Source: Arcobacteraceae bacterium | Lineage (GTDB): Bacteria > Campylobacterota > Campylobacteria > Campylobacterales > Arcobacteraceae | Reading direction: 5' to 3' | Assembly (NCBI GenBank): GCA_963662945.1 | Contig: OY759974.1 | Location: forward strand, 416,001 to 480,000 | DNA length: 64,000 bases | The notes under the pieces: model-generated | What the model saw: only the letters and a program-made list of their open reading frames with translations | The model's database searches: none | Told to the model about the DNA's origin: nothing | Shown: positions 1-10,880 of the stretch, piece by piece | How the letters are laid out: each line of letters opens with the position of its first letter | Numbering within the stretch: the first letter of the stretch is position 1 | Translations under genes and position numbers: made by a program

Positions 1-1008
1 AAATGTTCCAAATTTTTTTGTAAGATTTTTGGCTTCTATTAGATTACCCTCAATTGTTGGGGTATCTTTCATCTGCAAAGCTAAAGAGGATACTCCATTA
101 AAATCTCCTCCAAGAATATTGATAAATCCATCTTCAAAACTTGCTTTTTCATCTTGATAAACACAATTTATCGCTTGTATATCTTCAAGATTTGGCAACT
201 CTTCTTTACTGTTACAAATAATTTTAATACTATTTCCAAGGATTATTCCATCATTTACACTGTCATGTTGTAAAGCTAATTGGAGTGTTTTTCTTTTATC
301 TTTAATATCTCCTATAATTTTGAAAACTTTTCCATCCATGTGTGCACTTAATGATTTTGGTTTTCCTTGAAAAAGTATTTTCCCTTCATTTAAAAGGATA
401 ACCTCATCACACAATGCTGCTTCATCTAAATATGCCGTACTCCAAACAACTCCAATATCTTCTTTGATAAGTTCTTGTACCATTGCCCATAATTCTCTTC
501 TTGAAATAGGATCAACACCAACACCTGGTTCATCAAGAAGCAATAATTTTGGTTTTTTGATTAAAGCACATGCAAGACCTAGTTTTTGTTTCATACCTCC
601 CGATAAATCTTTTGCTAAAAATGATTGAAATAAATCTAGTGAAGTAAAGTCTAAAAGCTCTTGAATTCTGCTTTGTAGTAAATGTTTATCTATAAGCTGT
701 AAATTTGCATAAAGACTAAGATTTTCATAAACAGTCAAATCTTCATATAAGCCAAACTTTTGTGGCATATATCCTATAAGACTTTGTATCTCTTTTGAGT
801 CTGATAAAGTATCAAAACCTAAAACTTCTAACTCTCCACTATCTTTTTTCAAAAGTCCCGCAATGAGTCTAATAAGTGTAGTTTTTCCAGCACCATCTGG
901 TCCTACTAAACCAGTAATTCTTCCACCATAAATATCTAAACTTATTGTATCAATAGCTTTTGTATCTAAAAAAAATTTTGTGATATTTTTAGCACTTACT
1001 AACAACAA
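1..1008 (-). CDS. ABC transporter ATP-binding protein, YbhF-like with two ATPase domains (runs off the window edge)
   Basis: Not in the ORF track; translated by hand from TTG at 1008. Walker A GPDGAGKTT, signature LSGGMKQK, Walker B LLLLDEP; a second domain begins near base 1 (AKNLTKKFGTF). Confidence 0.85.
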   Translation of the reverse strand, partial: MLLVSAKNITKFFLDTKAIDTISLDIYGGRITGLVGPDGAGKTTLIRLIAGLLKKDSGELEVLGFDTLSDSKEIQSLIGYMPQKFGLYEDLTVYENLSLYANLQLIDKHLLQSRIQELLDFTSLDLFQSFLAKDLSGGMKQKLGLACALIKKPKLLLLDEPGVGVDPISRRELWAMVQELIKEDIGVVWSTAYLDEAALCDEVILLNEGKILFQGKPKSLSAHMDGKVFKIIGDIKDKRKTLQLALQHDSVNDGIILGNSIKIICNSKEELPNLEDIQAINCVYQDEKASFEDGFINILGGDFNGVSSLALQMKDTPTIEGNLIEAKNLTKKFGTF

Positions 1009-1022
1009 CTTGTTCTCTTTTA

Positions 1023-1988
1023 TTATTGAAGATTTGGAAATATAATAGTTACAGGCATCCCTTGTCGTATTTTATCATCTTGATTTTCTAAAATGATTCT
1101 AAATCTATATACTAAATCCGTTCTTAAATCTTCTGTTTGAACACTTTTAGGTGTAAATTCTGCTAAGGGAGAAATAAAACTTACCTTTCCTTTATAGACC
1201 TTTGAGGTATCACTATCTGTATAAATATTTGCTTCCATACCTTGTTTAATAAGTCCTAAATATTTTTCACTCATATAACTTCGTATCCAGTAAGTATCAT
1301 CTTTTGCTAACTCAATTACTGTTTGAGAACTATTTACTATTGCACCCTCTTCATAAACTCTTGTAAGCACTGTTCCACTTGTAGGTGCATAAATTTTTGT
1401 ATCTTGTAAATCTATCTCTTTTTGTTGTTTCATTGATTGTAAATATTCAAGTTGTGCAGTTGCTTCTAAAATATCTTCTTTTTCATAACCATTTTCTAAA
1501 AGTTCTACACTACTTTTAGCATATAAATAAAGAGCATTAGCATTGTCATAAGCCATTTTTACATCATCATATTCTTGTTCTGAAACAGATTTAGATTTAA
1601 AAAGTTTTTCCACTCTTTTTAAATCTTTTAATGCTTTATTTTTTGCAACATCTTTTTGAAGTAAAGTAGCTTTTGCTTTTGCTATCTCCTCTTTTCTATA
1701 CCCTTTTTGTAGCTTTTGTATTTTTGCCTCTTGGAGTTTGATTTGGGCATTGATTTGATTGAGATATTCTTTATATAGTTTATCATCTAATGAAGTTATG
1801 ATATCACCTTTTTGAACTCTTTGTCCCTCTTCAAAACTAATTGTATCAATTCTTCCTGCTACTCTAAATCCTAATGATACTGTTCTAACATCAACATTAC
1901 CATAAAACTTTGTATTATCACCCTTTGTATCATAGCATCCACTAAAATAAACCACAATTCCCACTATTAAAAAAAACAATTTCTTCAT
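1023..1988 (-). CDS. HlyD-family periplasmic adaptor, YbhG-like
   Basis: YGNVDVRTVSLGFRVAGRI and AEFTPKSVQTEDLRTDLVYR motifs; directly upstream of the ABC ATPase. Confidence 0.85.
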   Translation of the reverse strand: MKKLFFLIVGIVVYFSGCYDTKGDNTKFYGNVDVRTVSLGFRVAGRIDTISFEEGQRVQKGDIITSLDDKLYKEYLNQINAQIKLQEAKIQKLQKGYRKEEIAKAKATLLQKDVAKNKALKDLKRVEKLFKSKSVSEQEYDDVKMAYDNANALYLYAKSSVELLENGYEKEDILEATAQLEYLQSMKQQKEIDLQDTKIYAPTSGTVLTRVYEEGAIVNSSQTVIELAKDDTYWIRSYMSEKYLGLIKQGMEANIYTDSDTSKVYKGKVSFISPLAEFTPKSVQTEDLRTDLVYRFRIILENQDDKIRQGMPVTIIFPNLQ

Positions 1989-2006
1989 TACTTGCCCTTT
2001 ATATTT

Positions 2007-3218
2007 TTAAAACAAACTTCTAAAAAATGAAAAACCAAAACTTATTTTAGTATTACTTTTATCATAATCTATTAAACTCTCGCCATATCCATTAAATACT
2101 TTTACGTACCAATATGTATTTTTAGAATTACTAACAGGAACAGACCAATCAAATTGTATCGCACCTTTATTTTCTGATTTAAAATTATTACGAAACATCA
2201 ATCCAAATTGATGTTTCCCATATAGATATTTTATATCTATATCTCCATATCCATAATAATCTAGTATATCTGGATTATCATCCCCTTTTGCATTAAGATT
2301 TGTTCCATTATAAAACTCTACACCTTTTCTATCTTCTGGTATTCTATACCAACCCTCAACTTTTAAAAACAGATTATCCCATTGCCAAAATGTAGCTAAA
2401 AACAATCTATCCCATGAACGAGAACGATAACCATCTTGCCCATTTGATTGATGTCTATACCCAAATTTAACTGCTTTTAAATTATTGAGTTTATCTATAT
2501 CGTAAGATGTTGGGATTATAACAAAAACTTCAGGAGTATAGTTCGTTTCTCTAAAAGGCGCTGAATCCGTATATAATTGCCACCAAACATGCTGTGTATA
2601 TCCCAAAGATATATATTCATTCAAGCCAAAAAGATCATAACTTAAATTCTTTTGTAAACTTAGTTGGAATTCAGCTTCTGTATTGCTTTCATATTGTTCA
2701 CTAGTCGATTGTACTGTTGAATATTTTTTTGTATATTTATTTGTATTATATGAAATAGGAAGAATATAATTAGAATGATAAGGTAAAATTCCAAAATCTT
2801 TATTTACTATTTTTCCTACTTCATCTTTAACATTTGGAGAACTTAAATCCATTTTACTAAATATAAACTGTAAAGCTTTTTGTTCTTCAATATCTTCATT
2901 TTCTGAAACAGTAGTATTAGTAGGAATTGTCGTATTCTGATCTTCTAATTGCGTAATATATGAATAAGTTGAAGAAGCTTTTTTATACCAATAGATAGAT
3001 TGTTCTAAATCTTTTCGTACACCCAATCCATTCTCATACAAGTTAGCTAACAAATATTGTGCTTCTTTATTTCCTTTTGTTGCTTCTTGAAGAATAATAG
3101 GATATGCTTGTTTGTATTCCTTGTGTTTATAAAATTCTAATCCACTATTATAATCTGACATATCATTTGCAAAAAGCAAAAGAGAAAGTAAGATTATAAG
3201 AGAAAATATTTTACTCAT
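2007..3218 (-). CDS. pldA: Outer-membrane phospholipase A with an N-terminal Sel1-like repeat
   Basis: PFRETNY, catalytic HQSNG, RSWDR, GYGESLIDY; Sel1 motif AQYLLANLYENGLGVRKDLEQSIYWYKKA. Confidence 0.85.
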   Translation of the reverse strand: MSKIFSLIILLSLLLFANDMSDYNSGLEFYKHKEYKQAYPIILQEATKGNKEAQYLLANLYENGLGVRKDLEQSIYWYKKASSTYSYITQLEDQNTTIPTNTTVSENEDIEEQKALQFIFSKMDLSSPNVKDEVGKIVNKDFGILPYHSNYILPISYNTNKYTKKYSTVQSTSEQYESNTEAEFQLSLQKNLSYDLFGLNEYISLGYTQHVWWQLYTDSAPFRETNYTPEVFVIIPTSYDIDKLNNLKAVKFGYRHQSNGQDGYRSRSWDRLFLATFWQWDNLFLKVEGWYRIPEDRKGVEFYNGTNLNAKGDDNPDILDYYGYGDIDIKYLYGKHQFGLMFRNNFKSENKGAIQFDWSVPVSNSKNTYWYVKVFNGYGESLIDYDKSNTKISFGFSFFRSLF

Positions 3219-3222
3219 AGTA

Positions 3223-3924
3223 TTATTTCACTTGGATATACCCATCTCCAAATAATCCAACCATTAAATCTTTTGTAATAACTTCCGCTTTAATCTTTCG
3301 TGTATCTGTATTAGAAAAAGGGTATACTTTTGATATTTTTTGTTCATATACAGTATCATCACCATCTAATTTATATTTAAAAACATCCCCTACTTTTACA
3401 GTTGAATGATACTTTTGATCAAACTCTAATATAAGTTTTCTAGCTGTTTTACTTTGTATTTGAAAAGCTGTTTTAATAACTTGACCACTTACTACATCTC
3501 CACTTTCAATCTCTTTTGAAATAATCACACCATCAAAGGGTGCTTTTAAAATAGTTTTGTCCAATAGGGCTTCTTGGTATTCAACTTGTGCTTTTGCATT
3601 TTCATAAACCATCTCATAATTATCAAACTTTGCCTGATCGATTAAGTCTTGTACTTGAGATTGTCTATCATAATCTTTTTTTGCATATTTTAAAGTTATT
3701 TCATAGATATGGAGCATAGCTTTTATATCCTGATTTTTTAAAATTGCCAATTCTCCATTTTCTTTTACGATACTTCCAACATCTACGAAAATTCTATCTA
3801 CAATTCCACTACTGTTAAATGCTAAATTTGCACTTTGTTTTGCAACAACTTGAAAAGTTGCATAAACTTCTTGTGCATTTAAAGCTGATATCAATAGAAA
3901 AAAGTAAATAATCACTTTTTTCAT
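3223..3924 (-). CDS. Short efflux periplasmic adaptor (MFP)
   Basis: Lipoyl-like halves (GIVDRIFVDVGSIVK ... LKAPFDGVI) flanking an alpha-hairpin. Confidence 0.75.
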   Translation of the reverse strand: MKKVIIYFFLLISALNAQEVYATFQVVAKQSANLAFNSSGIVDRIFVDVGSIVKENGELAILKNQDIKAMLHIYEITLKYAKKDYDRQSQVQDLIDQAKFDNYEMVYENAKAQVEYQEALLDKTILKAPFDGVIISKEIESGDVVSGQVIKTAFQIQSKTARKLILEFDQKYHSTVKVGDVFKYKLDGDDTVYEQKISKVYPFSNTDTRKIKAEVITKDLMVGLFGDGYIQVK

Positions 3925-5156
3925 TGAATATAATCTTCTAAGTTTTTACCACTATGATAAATAATATTTGCTTTTTTAATCTCTAAATCATACTCAGATG
4001 ATTTTAATGCACTAATTGCTGAATACTTTTCACTTAATGCTTCTAAATACGCAACATTATCCACTAATCCATTTTGATATTTTTTCTCTATAGTATTATA
4101 AGTGCTATTTGCAGCTTTTAACGCAGATTGTGCTGAGATAATTTTTAATTGTGCTATTTCATAAGCTTTAATAGCCAGTTTTAAATCAATACTTGCTTTA
4201 TTTTTTTCATACTCATATTGTGATTTTAAAGAAAGATATTTTTTATAATTACTTTCATAAGTTCTAGTTGTTGCACCAAAATCAAATATCTTCCATGATA
4301 AATTTACTTTTAAAATATTTTGTTCGTCCATTGTTACACTATTTTGATATGCTGGATTATCGTAGTTAAAATCATAATCTGTATACGTATCATCTAAACT
4401 CAAAATTGGATAATTTGAACTTTTACTACTTCGTGCTGTTGATAATTGAGCATTCATTTCATGTTCTAATGCTTTAATATCAGCTCTTAAACTTTCTTGT
4501 TGCAATAAAACATCTTTCATTGTTGAACCTGATTCAATATTTATATCTTTTGTAGTTAAATATTGTAAATTATGTATAATAGTTTGTACTTGAAGTTCTA
4601 TTTCATGAAGTGTTACCGTTGCACTTTGTACTCTTGATACAATTTTATCTACTTCATCACTTGTTGTAGTTCCAACATCTAAAAATCTTTTTAATCTTTT
4701 ATATTGTGCATTTAATTGTTCTATCTCTTTTAACTTTGCTTCTTTTTGCGAGAGAAGAGAATAATAATTAAAATAATAAGTAATTACTTGTAATGCTGTA
4801 CTATTTTTTAAAGCTGTTAAACTTTCACTTGCACTACTTATTGAAGACTTTAAAGCATCACTTGTAGCACCTCTTGCTCCACCATCATAAACTACATAGT
4901 TTACATTTGCCCACGCAGCTCTTGTATTATCTGGAGTTGAAGTTGTTTCTTCATTTGTTTTTGTATATGTACCACCTATTGAAACAGTTGGGAAATACGT
5001 ATTTTGCACACTTTCATATTGATCTTTTACAGATTCAACATTATATTTTGTAGCCGTTATTAATTGGTTTTGAAAAGATTCTTCAACCAATTTACCTAAA
5101 TCTTGTGCATAAATTGTAAATGGAATTACAACTATTGGAAATATTTTTTTTATCAT
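3921..5156 (-). CDS. TolC-family outer membrane efflux protein
   Basis: Signal peptide; two OEP-like repeats (YVVYDGG, WKIFDFG, KYQNGLVD). Confidence 0.85.
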   Translation of the reverse strand: MIKKIFPIVVIPFTIYAQDLGKLVEESFQNQLITATKYNVESVKDQYESVQNTYFPTVSIGGTYTKTNEETTSTPDNTRAAWANVNYVVYDGGARGATSDALKSSISSASESLTALKNSTALQVITYYFNYYSLLSQKEAKLKEIEQLNAQYKRLKRFLDVGTTTSDEVDKIVSRVQSATVTLHEIELQVQTIIHNLQYLTTKDINIESGSTMKDVLLQQESLRADIKALEHEMNAQLSTARSSKSSNYPILSLDDTYTDYDFNYDNPAYQNSVTMDEQNILKVNLSWKIFDFGATTRTYESNYKKYLSLKSQYEYEKNKASIDLKLAIKAYEIAQLKIISAQSALKAANSTYNTIEKKYQNGLVDNVAYLEALSEKYSAISALKSSEYDLEIKKANIIYHSGKNLEDYIQ

Positions 5157-5749
5157 TTTTTTACCTCTATTAAATCAAATATCGTATTTAAGAACTCTTT
5201 TAGTTCATTTTTTATATTTTTCTTTTCTGTCCAAGTTATCATTAAAAATCCTTTTTCAACAGCTAAAAGACCAGTTACTAACTTTGTAGATTCTTGAATA
5301 AGTTCACCTTTTTCAATCCCTTCTGCTATTAATGTTTCAATAGTATTCTTAAAAAACTGTGAACACTCTTGATTAAATTCACACATATTATCATTTTTAG
5401 TTCCCAGATCAATACTAATATATTCTTTATAAATATTTTGATGCTTTTCAAACATCTCATTTTCATTTAATAAAAAGTCAAATAATAAAAAAATCTTTTG
5501 CCTAGTTGATAAATCTGGAGTTATCTGTGTATAAAGATCATCTTGATAGTTTTCTATATGAATTCGAATAATTTCAAAAACAATATCCTCTTTATTTACA
5601 AAATAATCATAAATACTACCCTTAGCTACACCAGCTTGAGCTGCTACTTCTGAAACGGTTAATTTTTTAATTCCTTTTTCAAGAAGTAAATCGATACATG
5701 AAAGAGCAATATCCTTTCTTTTTTGAATTTTATCTACAATAATTGCCAT
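5153..5749 (-). CDS. TetR/AcrR family regulator
   Basis: HTH LTVSEVAAQAGVAKGSIYDYFVNKEDI. Confidence 0.9.
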   Translation of the reverse strand: MAIIVDKIQKRKDIALSCIDLLLEKGIKKLTVSEVAAQAGVAKGSIYDYFVNKEDIVFEIIRIHIENYQDDLYTQITPDLSTRQKIFLLFDFLLNENEMFEKHQNIYKEYISIDLGTKNDNMCEFNQECSQFFKNTIETLIAEGIEKGELIQESTKLVTGLLAVEKGFLMITWTEKKNIKNELKEFLNTIFDLIEVKK

Positions 5750-5762
5750 AAATACCTTTCTA

Positions 5763-5787
5763 AAAATGAATGACCCGTGTTCATTTT
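5763..5787. promoter_or_regulatory. Candidate TetR operator
   Basis: Inverted repeat AAAATGAA-N9-TTCATTTT between a minus-strand TATAAT (5792-5797) and the tetR start. Confidence 0.6.
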
Positions 5788-5840
5788 AAAAATTATATTA
5801 TTTAAATACTTAAAAAAAAGATAAATTCAATATATAGTTT

Positions 5841-6515
5841 TTATAGTGGAGAGATAACATATCTATCTACTTTATATCCGACTCCTTTATGATTTTGGAT
5901 AAAATCTTCTTTTAACACTCTTCTGAGACGACTAATCTCAGCTCTTATTGTTGCATCACTAACAAGATCAGAACCCCATGCATACTCTCTAAAAATATCA
6001 AAATCAATAATTGTGCCAATATTTTTACATAAACACTCTATGATACTGTGTTGTTTTTTTGTTAGTATTTGTACTTCATTATTATATAAAAGTTTATTGT
6101 CTTTTTTAAGGTAACTATAGTTTGGACTAAGAAGTATATGTTCTCTTTTTGTATTATCCATCTGTTCAGATATTTTTTGAACTCTTATAGCTAACTCTTT
6201 CAGATGAAAAGGCTTTTTAATATAATCACTTGCACCTAAATCAAAGGCCTCTGTAATTGTTTCTATATCAATCAAAGCACTTATAAAAATAACTGGAGTA
6301 TTACAATTATTCTTTTTTATACCATGAACTAAATCTATTCCATTTATATTTGGTACATTTATGTCTAAGATTAAAAGATCATATTGTGTTGTTTTCAAAT
6401 CATTTTCAACATCATATCCATCGCCATAAGCGACACACTTATGACCCAAACTTTCTAAATATTCTAAAATAGAACTTTGTAACATTAATTCATCTTCAAG
6501 AAGTAAAATCTTCAT
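5841..6515 (-). CDS. OmpR-family response regulator
   Basis: Receiver (LLEDE, LDINVP, KKPF) and winged helix (GVGYK). Confidence 0.9.
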   Translation of the reverse strand: MKILLLEDELMLQSSILEYLESLGHKCVAYGDGYDVENDLKTTQYDLLILDINVPNINGIDLVHGIKKNNCNTPVIFISALIDIETITEAFDLGASDYIKKPFHLKELAIRVQKISEQMDNTKREHILLSPNYSYLKKDNKLLYNNEVQILTKKQHSIIECLCKNIGTIIDFDIFREYAWGSDLVSDATIRAEISRLRRVLKEDFIQNHKGVGYKVDRYVISPL

Positions 6516-6528
6516 ATTATCACTCTTT

Positions 6529-8103
6529 CTATTTTAATTGAAAACTATACACAAATTGCGTTATATTATTTTCTGATTTTACGTCTATATCCACATGATT
6601 ACTATCACAAATCTCTTTTATTATATTTAACCCCAAACCAAATCCACCTCTTGCATCATTTTCTCTATAATATCTCTCAAATAATTTAGAAGGATTATCT
6701 ATAATATTCCCTTCATTCTTTATTGTAAAAATTATAGCATCATTTTGTTTTATCAATGATATAAAGATAACACTATTTTCATAACTATATTTAATAGCAT
6801 TTGATAAACTATTATCACATACTCTTTGAAGTTGTGTATCATTAAAAAATATATATAAATTATCTTCTATATGAAAATCAAAACTTAAATTATTTCCTAA
6901 GGCAATCTCTTCAAAAAAATCTAATCTAAATTTTAAAAATTCAGAAAAATTGATATTTGTTGGCTTATATTCTATTCTATCTTTTTTTACTAAATACGAT
7001 AAGTCATTATAGATATTATGTATAATTTTAGATCCCGCTTCAATTTTAGACAAATATCTATTCTCTCCATTTTTAAGTTTAAATAGATCTATGTTAGTAA
7101 TAATGATACTTAATGGTGTATTTATCTCATGTATTGCGTTTTTTATAAACTTATCTTGTTTTTGAACTAAAGAATGTGCAAACTGTTCCGATTGTTGTAG
7201 TTTCTTAGTTCTATCATCAACTTTTTTCTCCAAATTGGTATTTAGCTCTTTAAGTTCATTTATCATTAGATTAACATTAAAAGAGATATGTTCAAACTCC
7301 CTAAATGTTAATTTATCTAAATCTATATTATCATAATTTAAAGAAACATTTCTCAATGTTTCTTTAATATTTTCTATATCATTTTGTATCAATAGTGTAA
7401 AATATCTTGAAATCGCCATACTTGTCATAAACAAAGCAAATGCAAACATTAATATTTGAATACTATATTCAAATACTTTTTGTTTATATTCCATTTTTTT
7501 TTGTAATAAAACATTTTCAATATCATCAAGATAAACTCCACTTCCAATCATCCAGTGAAATGGTTCATAAGATATAGCATAAGATATTTTATTGGTGAGT
7601 TTATTTGTAGTTGGTTTGTTCCAAACGTAATCAACATATCCACCCTCTTTTTGTTTGGAAACATCTATCAAGTCTTTTATAACTAATTTACCATTTGGAT
7701 CTTGAAAGTCTATAAGGTTTTTTCCAGCATTCTGTTTTAAAATTGGATCAGCAATATTAATTCCATCATATGTATAAATGAAAATATAACCACTTCCATC
7801 TCTAATATCTCGCATATTTTCAATGGTTTCTACAATTTGATTCTTTATCTGTTCTAGAGGTAATTTATCCTTATATTTATTGTGTTTATACTGTATAAAT
7901 CGCACTGCTCGTAAGGTTTCATTTTTAATAAGACTTTTTTGGGACTTAATATACTCATCTTCAATCTTTATAAGCTCTTTTTTGTGTTCATTATACGTAT
8001 TTATAAACAATATAAGTGTAATGAACAATGTAATAGTAGCCATGAAAACAACAGTAATTTTAGTTACTTGGTTTATACTTTTATTTTTAAATAATCTAAT
8101 CAT
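6529..8103 (-). CDS. Cache-domain sensor histidine kinase
   Basis: Two TM segments, Cache (GYIFIY...GGYVDYVW), H-box HEINTPL, N-box NAIKYS, GFGLGL. Confidence 0.9.
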   Translation of the reverse strand: MIRLFKNKSINQVTKITVVFMATITLFITLILFINTYNEHKKELIKIEDEYIKSQKSLIKNETLRAVRFIQYKHNKYKDKLPLEQIKNQIVETIENMRDIRDGSGYIFIYTYDGINIADPILKQNAGKNLIDFQDPNGKLVIKDLIDVSKQKEGGYVDYVWNKPTTNKLTNKISYAISYEPFHWMIGSGVYLDDIENVLLQKKMEYKQKVFEYSIQILMFAFALFMTSMAISRYFTLLIQNDIENIKETLRNVSLNYDNIDLDKLTFREFEHISFNVNLMINELKELNTNLEKKVDDRTKKLQQSEQFAHSLVQKQDKFIKNAIHEINTPLSIIITNIDLFKLKNGENRYLSKIEAGSKIIHNIYNDLSYLVKKDRIEYKPTNINFSEFLKFRLDFFEEIALGNNLSFDFHIEDNLYIFFNDTQLQRVCDNSLSNAIKYSYENSVIFISLIKQNDAIIFTIKNEGNIIDNPSKLFERYYRENDARGGFGLGLNIIKEICDSNHVDIDVKSENNITQFVYSFQLK

Positions 8104-8162
8104 GCTTTATTATAACACAAAAAATATTGTAAGATTATTGCATTTATGCTATGATATTTTTC

Positions 8163-10031
8163 ATGAAAAATAAACTTATTATACTTCTAATTCTATCATT
8201 ATTTATTATTGCTAATATTGTTGTATATAAAGTCACTGCCATCAATCAAGAACAAAGAATTAATAATACTCTAGATAGTATTTCTAATCAATTACAAATA
8301 CACTATGAACTTCAAATTTATCATCAAACTATTACAGCTAATGCAGCGTATCAAGCTACAATTTCAAATAAACGTGTAATAGAAATCTTAAAAAAAGTAC
8401 AAACAGCTTCTAAAAAAGAAAAAGATGTGTTAAGAAAAGAACTTTATGATTTACTTATTCAAGATTATCATATATTAACATTACAAGGTGTATTACAATA
8501 TCAGTTTAATCTTAAAGACAATACCACATTTTTACGACTACACAAACCAAGTAAATTTGATGATGATCTAACGGATATTCGATACAGTTATACTTATGTA
8601 AATAAAGAGCATAAAATTATCAGAGGATTGGAACAAGGGAAAACAACACACGGATTTAGAAATATGTATCCAATATTTGATGAAAACCATAATTATTTAT
8701 GTGCAATGGAGATATCTTACTCAAGTGACTTGTTACAAATAATGTTAACAGATGTAAGTAAAATACACACACACTTTATCGTTAATAAAAAAGTTATAAA
8801 CATGAGGGCTTGGAAAACAAATGATTTTGTTTCAAACTATATGCAAAGTGATGAAAATGAAAACTATATGATATCTCAAATGAAAAATCATCAAGATTTT
8901 GAACACTTCGAACATTATAAAACTATGCTTAAAAGGTATAAAGACTTTATCTCGCAGTCAATCTTAAAAGATCAGAAGTTTAGTTTTTATGATACCTTTG
9001 ATAATGAAACACTTGTAATTTCTTTTTTCCCAATAAAAAATATCAAAGACAAAAAAACCGTAGCTTGGCTTGTAGCTTATGATACTAATTACTTTATCAA
9101 TGAGACTCTTAGTAATACTTTTTATATGAGATTACTCTCTTTTATAGTTTTTGTTTCTTTAGCACTTTTTATATATCTTACTCTTGCACAAAAAGAAATT
9201 TTAAAAGAACGAGTAAAAAGAAAAACAAAAGAATTAAAAGATATCAATAACAATCTAGAAAAAAGAATAACTGAAGAGGTTGAAAAGAACAAAAAAACAC
9301 AAGAACAACTCTTTAAATCAGAGAAATTAGCTTCAATGGGTGAAATGATTGGAAATATTGCACACCAGTGGAGACAGCCATTGTCGATTATTTCAACTGC
9401 AGCAACGGGTATCATCCTACAAAAAGAGTATGGAAAACTTACAGATGAGCAGCTTCTTCAAAATTGTACAGTTATTGATGAAAATGCACAATATCTATCT
9501 AAAACTATTGATGATTTTAGAGACTTTATTAAAGGTGATAAAAAATCTATTCTTTTTAATCTTCAAGAAACCTTTGAAAGTTTTTTACACCTTATTGAAC
9601 CTTCTATGAAAAATCACAATATCTTGGTCATAATTAATAATGATAAAAATACACAACTAGAAAATCATCCAAATGAACTTATACAATGTTTTATTAACAT
9701 ATATAACAATGCTAGAGATGTTCTAAAACCTTCAAGTTTAGAAAAAAAGTACATATTTATCTCCACACAAGAAACAAAAAAGTTTGTAATAATTCATTTT
9801 TTAGATAATGGTGGAGGTATAGACCCAAATATTTTACCAAAAATATTTGAACCTTATTTTACAACAAAACATAAAAGTCAAGGTACTGGACTTGGATTAC
9901 ATATGACCTATAATCTGATTGTATATGGTATGAAAGGTTCTATTGAAGTAAAAAATACAAATTATTCCTATGAAAAAAAAGATTATACAGGTGCAGAATT
10001 TATCATTACTTTACCTAAACAAATCAAATGA
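8163..10031 (+). CDS. Sensor histidine kinase with periplasmic domain
   Basis: H-box IAHQWRQPL, FTTK, GTGLGL; start moved to ATG 8163 because 8150-8155 looks like the -10 box. Confidence 0.85.
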   Translation: MKNKLIILLILSLFIIANIVVYKVTAINQEQRINNTLDSISNQLQIHYELQIYHQTITANAAYQATISNKRVIEILKKVQTASKKEKDVLRKELYDLLIQDYHILTLQGVLQYQFNLKDNTTFLRLHKPSKFDDDLTDIRYSYTYVNKEHKIIRGLEQGKTTHGFRNMYPIFDENHNYLCAMEISYSSDLLQIMLTDVSKIHTHFIVNKKVINMRAWKTNDFVSNYMQSDENENYMISQMKNHQDFEHFEHYKTMLKRYKDFISQSILKDQKFSFYDTFDNETLVISFFPIKNIKDKKTVAWLVAYDTNYFINETLSNTFYMRLLSFIVFVSLALFIYLTLAQKEILKERVKRKTKELKDINNNLEKRITEEVEKNKKTQEQLFKSEKLASMGEMIGNIAHQWRQPLSIISTAATGIILQKEYGKLTDEQLLQNCTVIDENAQYLSKTIDDFRDFIKGDKKSILFNLQETFESFLHLIEPSMKNHNILVIINNDKNTQLENHPNELIQCFINIYNNARDVLKPSSLEKKYIFISTQETKKFVIIHFLDNGGGIDPNILPKIFEPYFTTKHKSQGTGLGLHMTYNLIVYGMKGSIEVKNTNYSYEKKDYTGAEFIITLPKQIK

Positions 10032-10042
10032 TAAATCACTTT

Positions 10043-10876
10043 TTATTGAAATAATTTGATCATTTGTACTAAAATATTTTCATCTGTATAAACTTTTGTA
10101 AATTGAATTCCACTACTTTTAAAATTTTCATATAATTTTTCATCGTTTTGATGAACATTTTTTTCATATTCTTTAATAAGATTACCACTTAAAGTACCAT
10201 CAAATTTTTGAAATGTCTGAGGATCTGTAAAATGAACACTTCCGATACTTGATGGATGTTCTTCAAACCTATCTCTTACAATTACAGCGATAACTTCATG
10301 TTTTTTTGCCAATAGTTTTAAATTTAAATTTTCTATATTAAAAAAATCTCCAATTAAAAAGATAATAGATTTTTTTCTTATTTTGTGAAATAAATCATTT
10401 GCAATCAGTGTATAATCGACTTTTTTTCCTATTGCTTTATAGTTGTAAATATTTTGTACCATTGCATCAACTGTTATGAGTTTTTTGGTTCTTTTCGTTT
10501 CTAGTTCTACTGTTTCATTTGCAATAAAAGAACTATAAGTATCCCCTTGAGCACAACAACTATATCCAATTATTGCACATATTTCAGCGATTACTTCTTG
10601 TTTTAATCTAGATGTTCCAAAATGAACACTTCCACCTAATATTGGAACAATATTTATATCTAATTCTCTTTGAGCAAGGAAAACTTTCACAAAAGGCTTT
10701 TGCATTTTTGCACTAATTACCCAATCAATTTTCCGTATATCTTCTCCATCTTCATATTCTCTTAATTCAACAAAGTCATAACCTTCACCTTTAAACTTTG
10801 AGGTGTTATTTCCTATTTTCTGTGAAAAAATAGCTTTTTTTGTTTTGATTAATATTTTTTTTAAAACTTTATCCAA
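10043..10876 (-). CDS. DUF58 family protein
   Basis: GEGYDFVELREYEDGEDIRKIDW, GSVHFGT, IGDF motifs. Confidence 0.85.
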   Translation of the reverse strand: MDKVLKKILIKTKKAIFSQKIGNNTSKFKGEGYDFVELREYEDGEDIRKIDWVISAKMQKPFVKVFLAQRELDINIVPILGGSVHFGTSRLKQEVIAEICAIIGYSCCAQGDTYSSFIANETVELETKRTKKLITVDAMVQNIYNYKAIGKKVDYTLIANDLFHKIRKKSIIFLIGDFFNIENLNLKLLAKKHEVIAVIVRDRFEEHPSSIGSVHFTDPQTFQKFDGTLSGNLIKEYEKNVHQNDEKLYENFKSSGIQFTKVYTDENILVQMIKLFQ

Positions 10877-10880
10877 GGCT

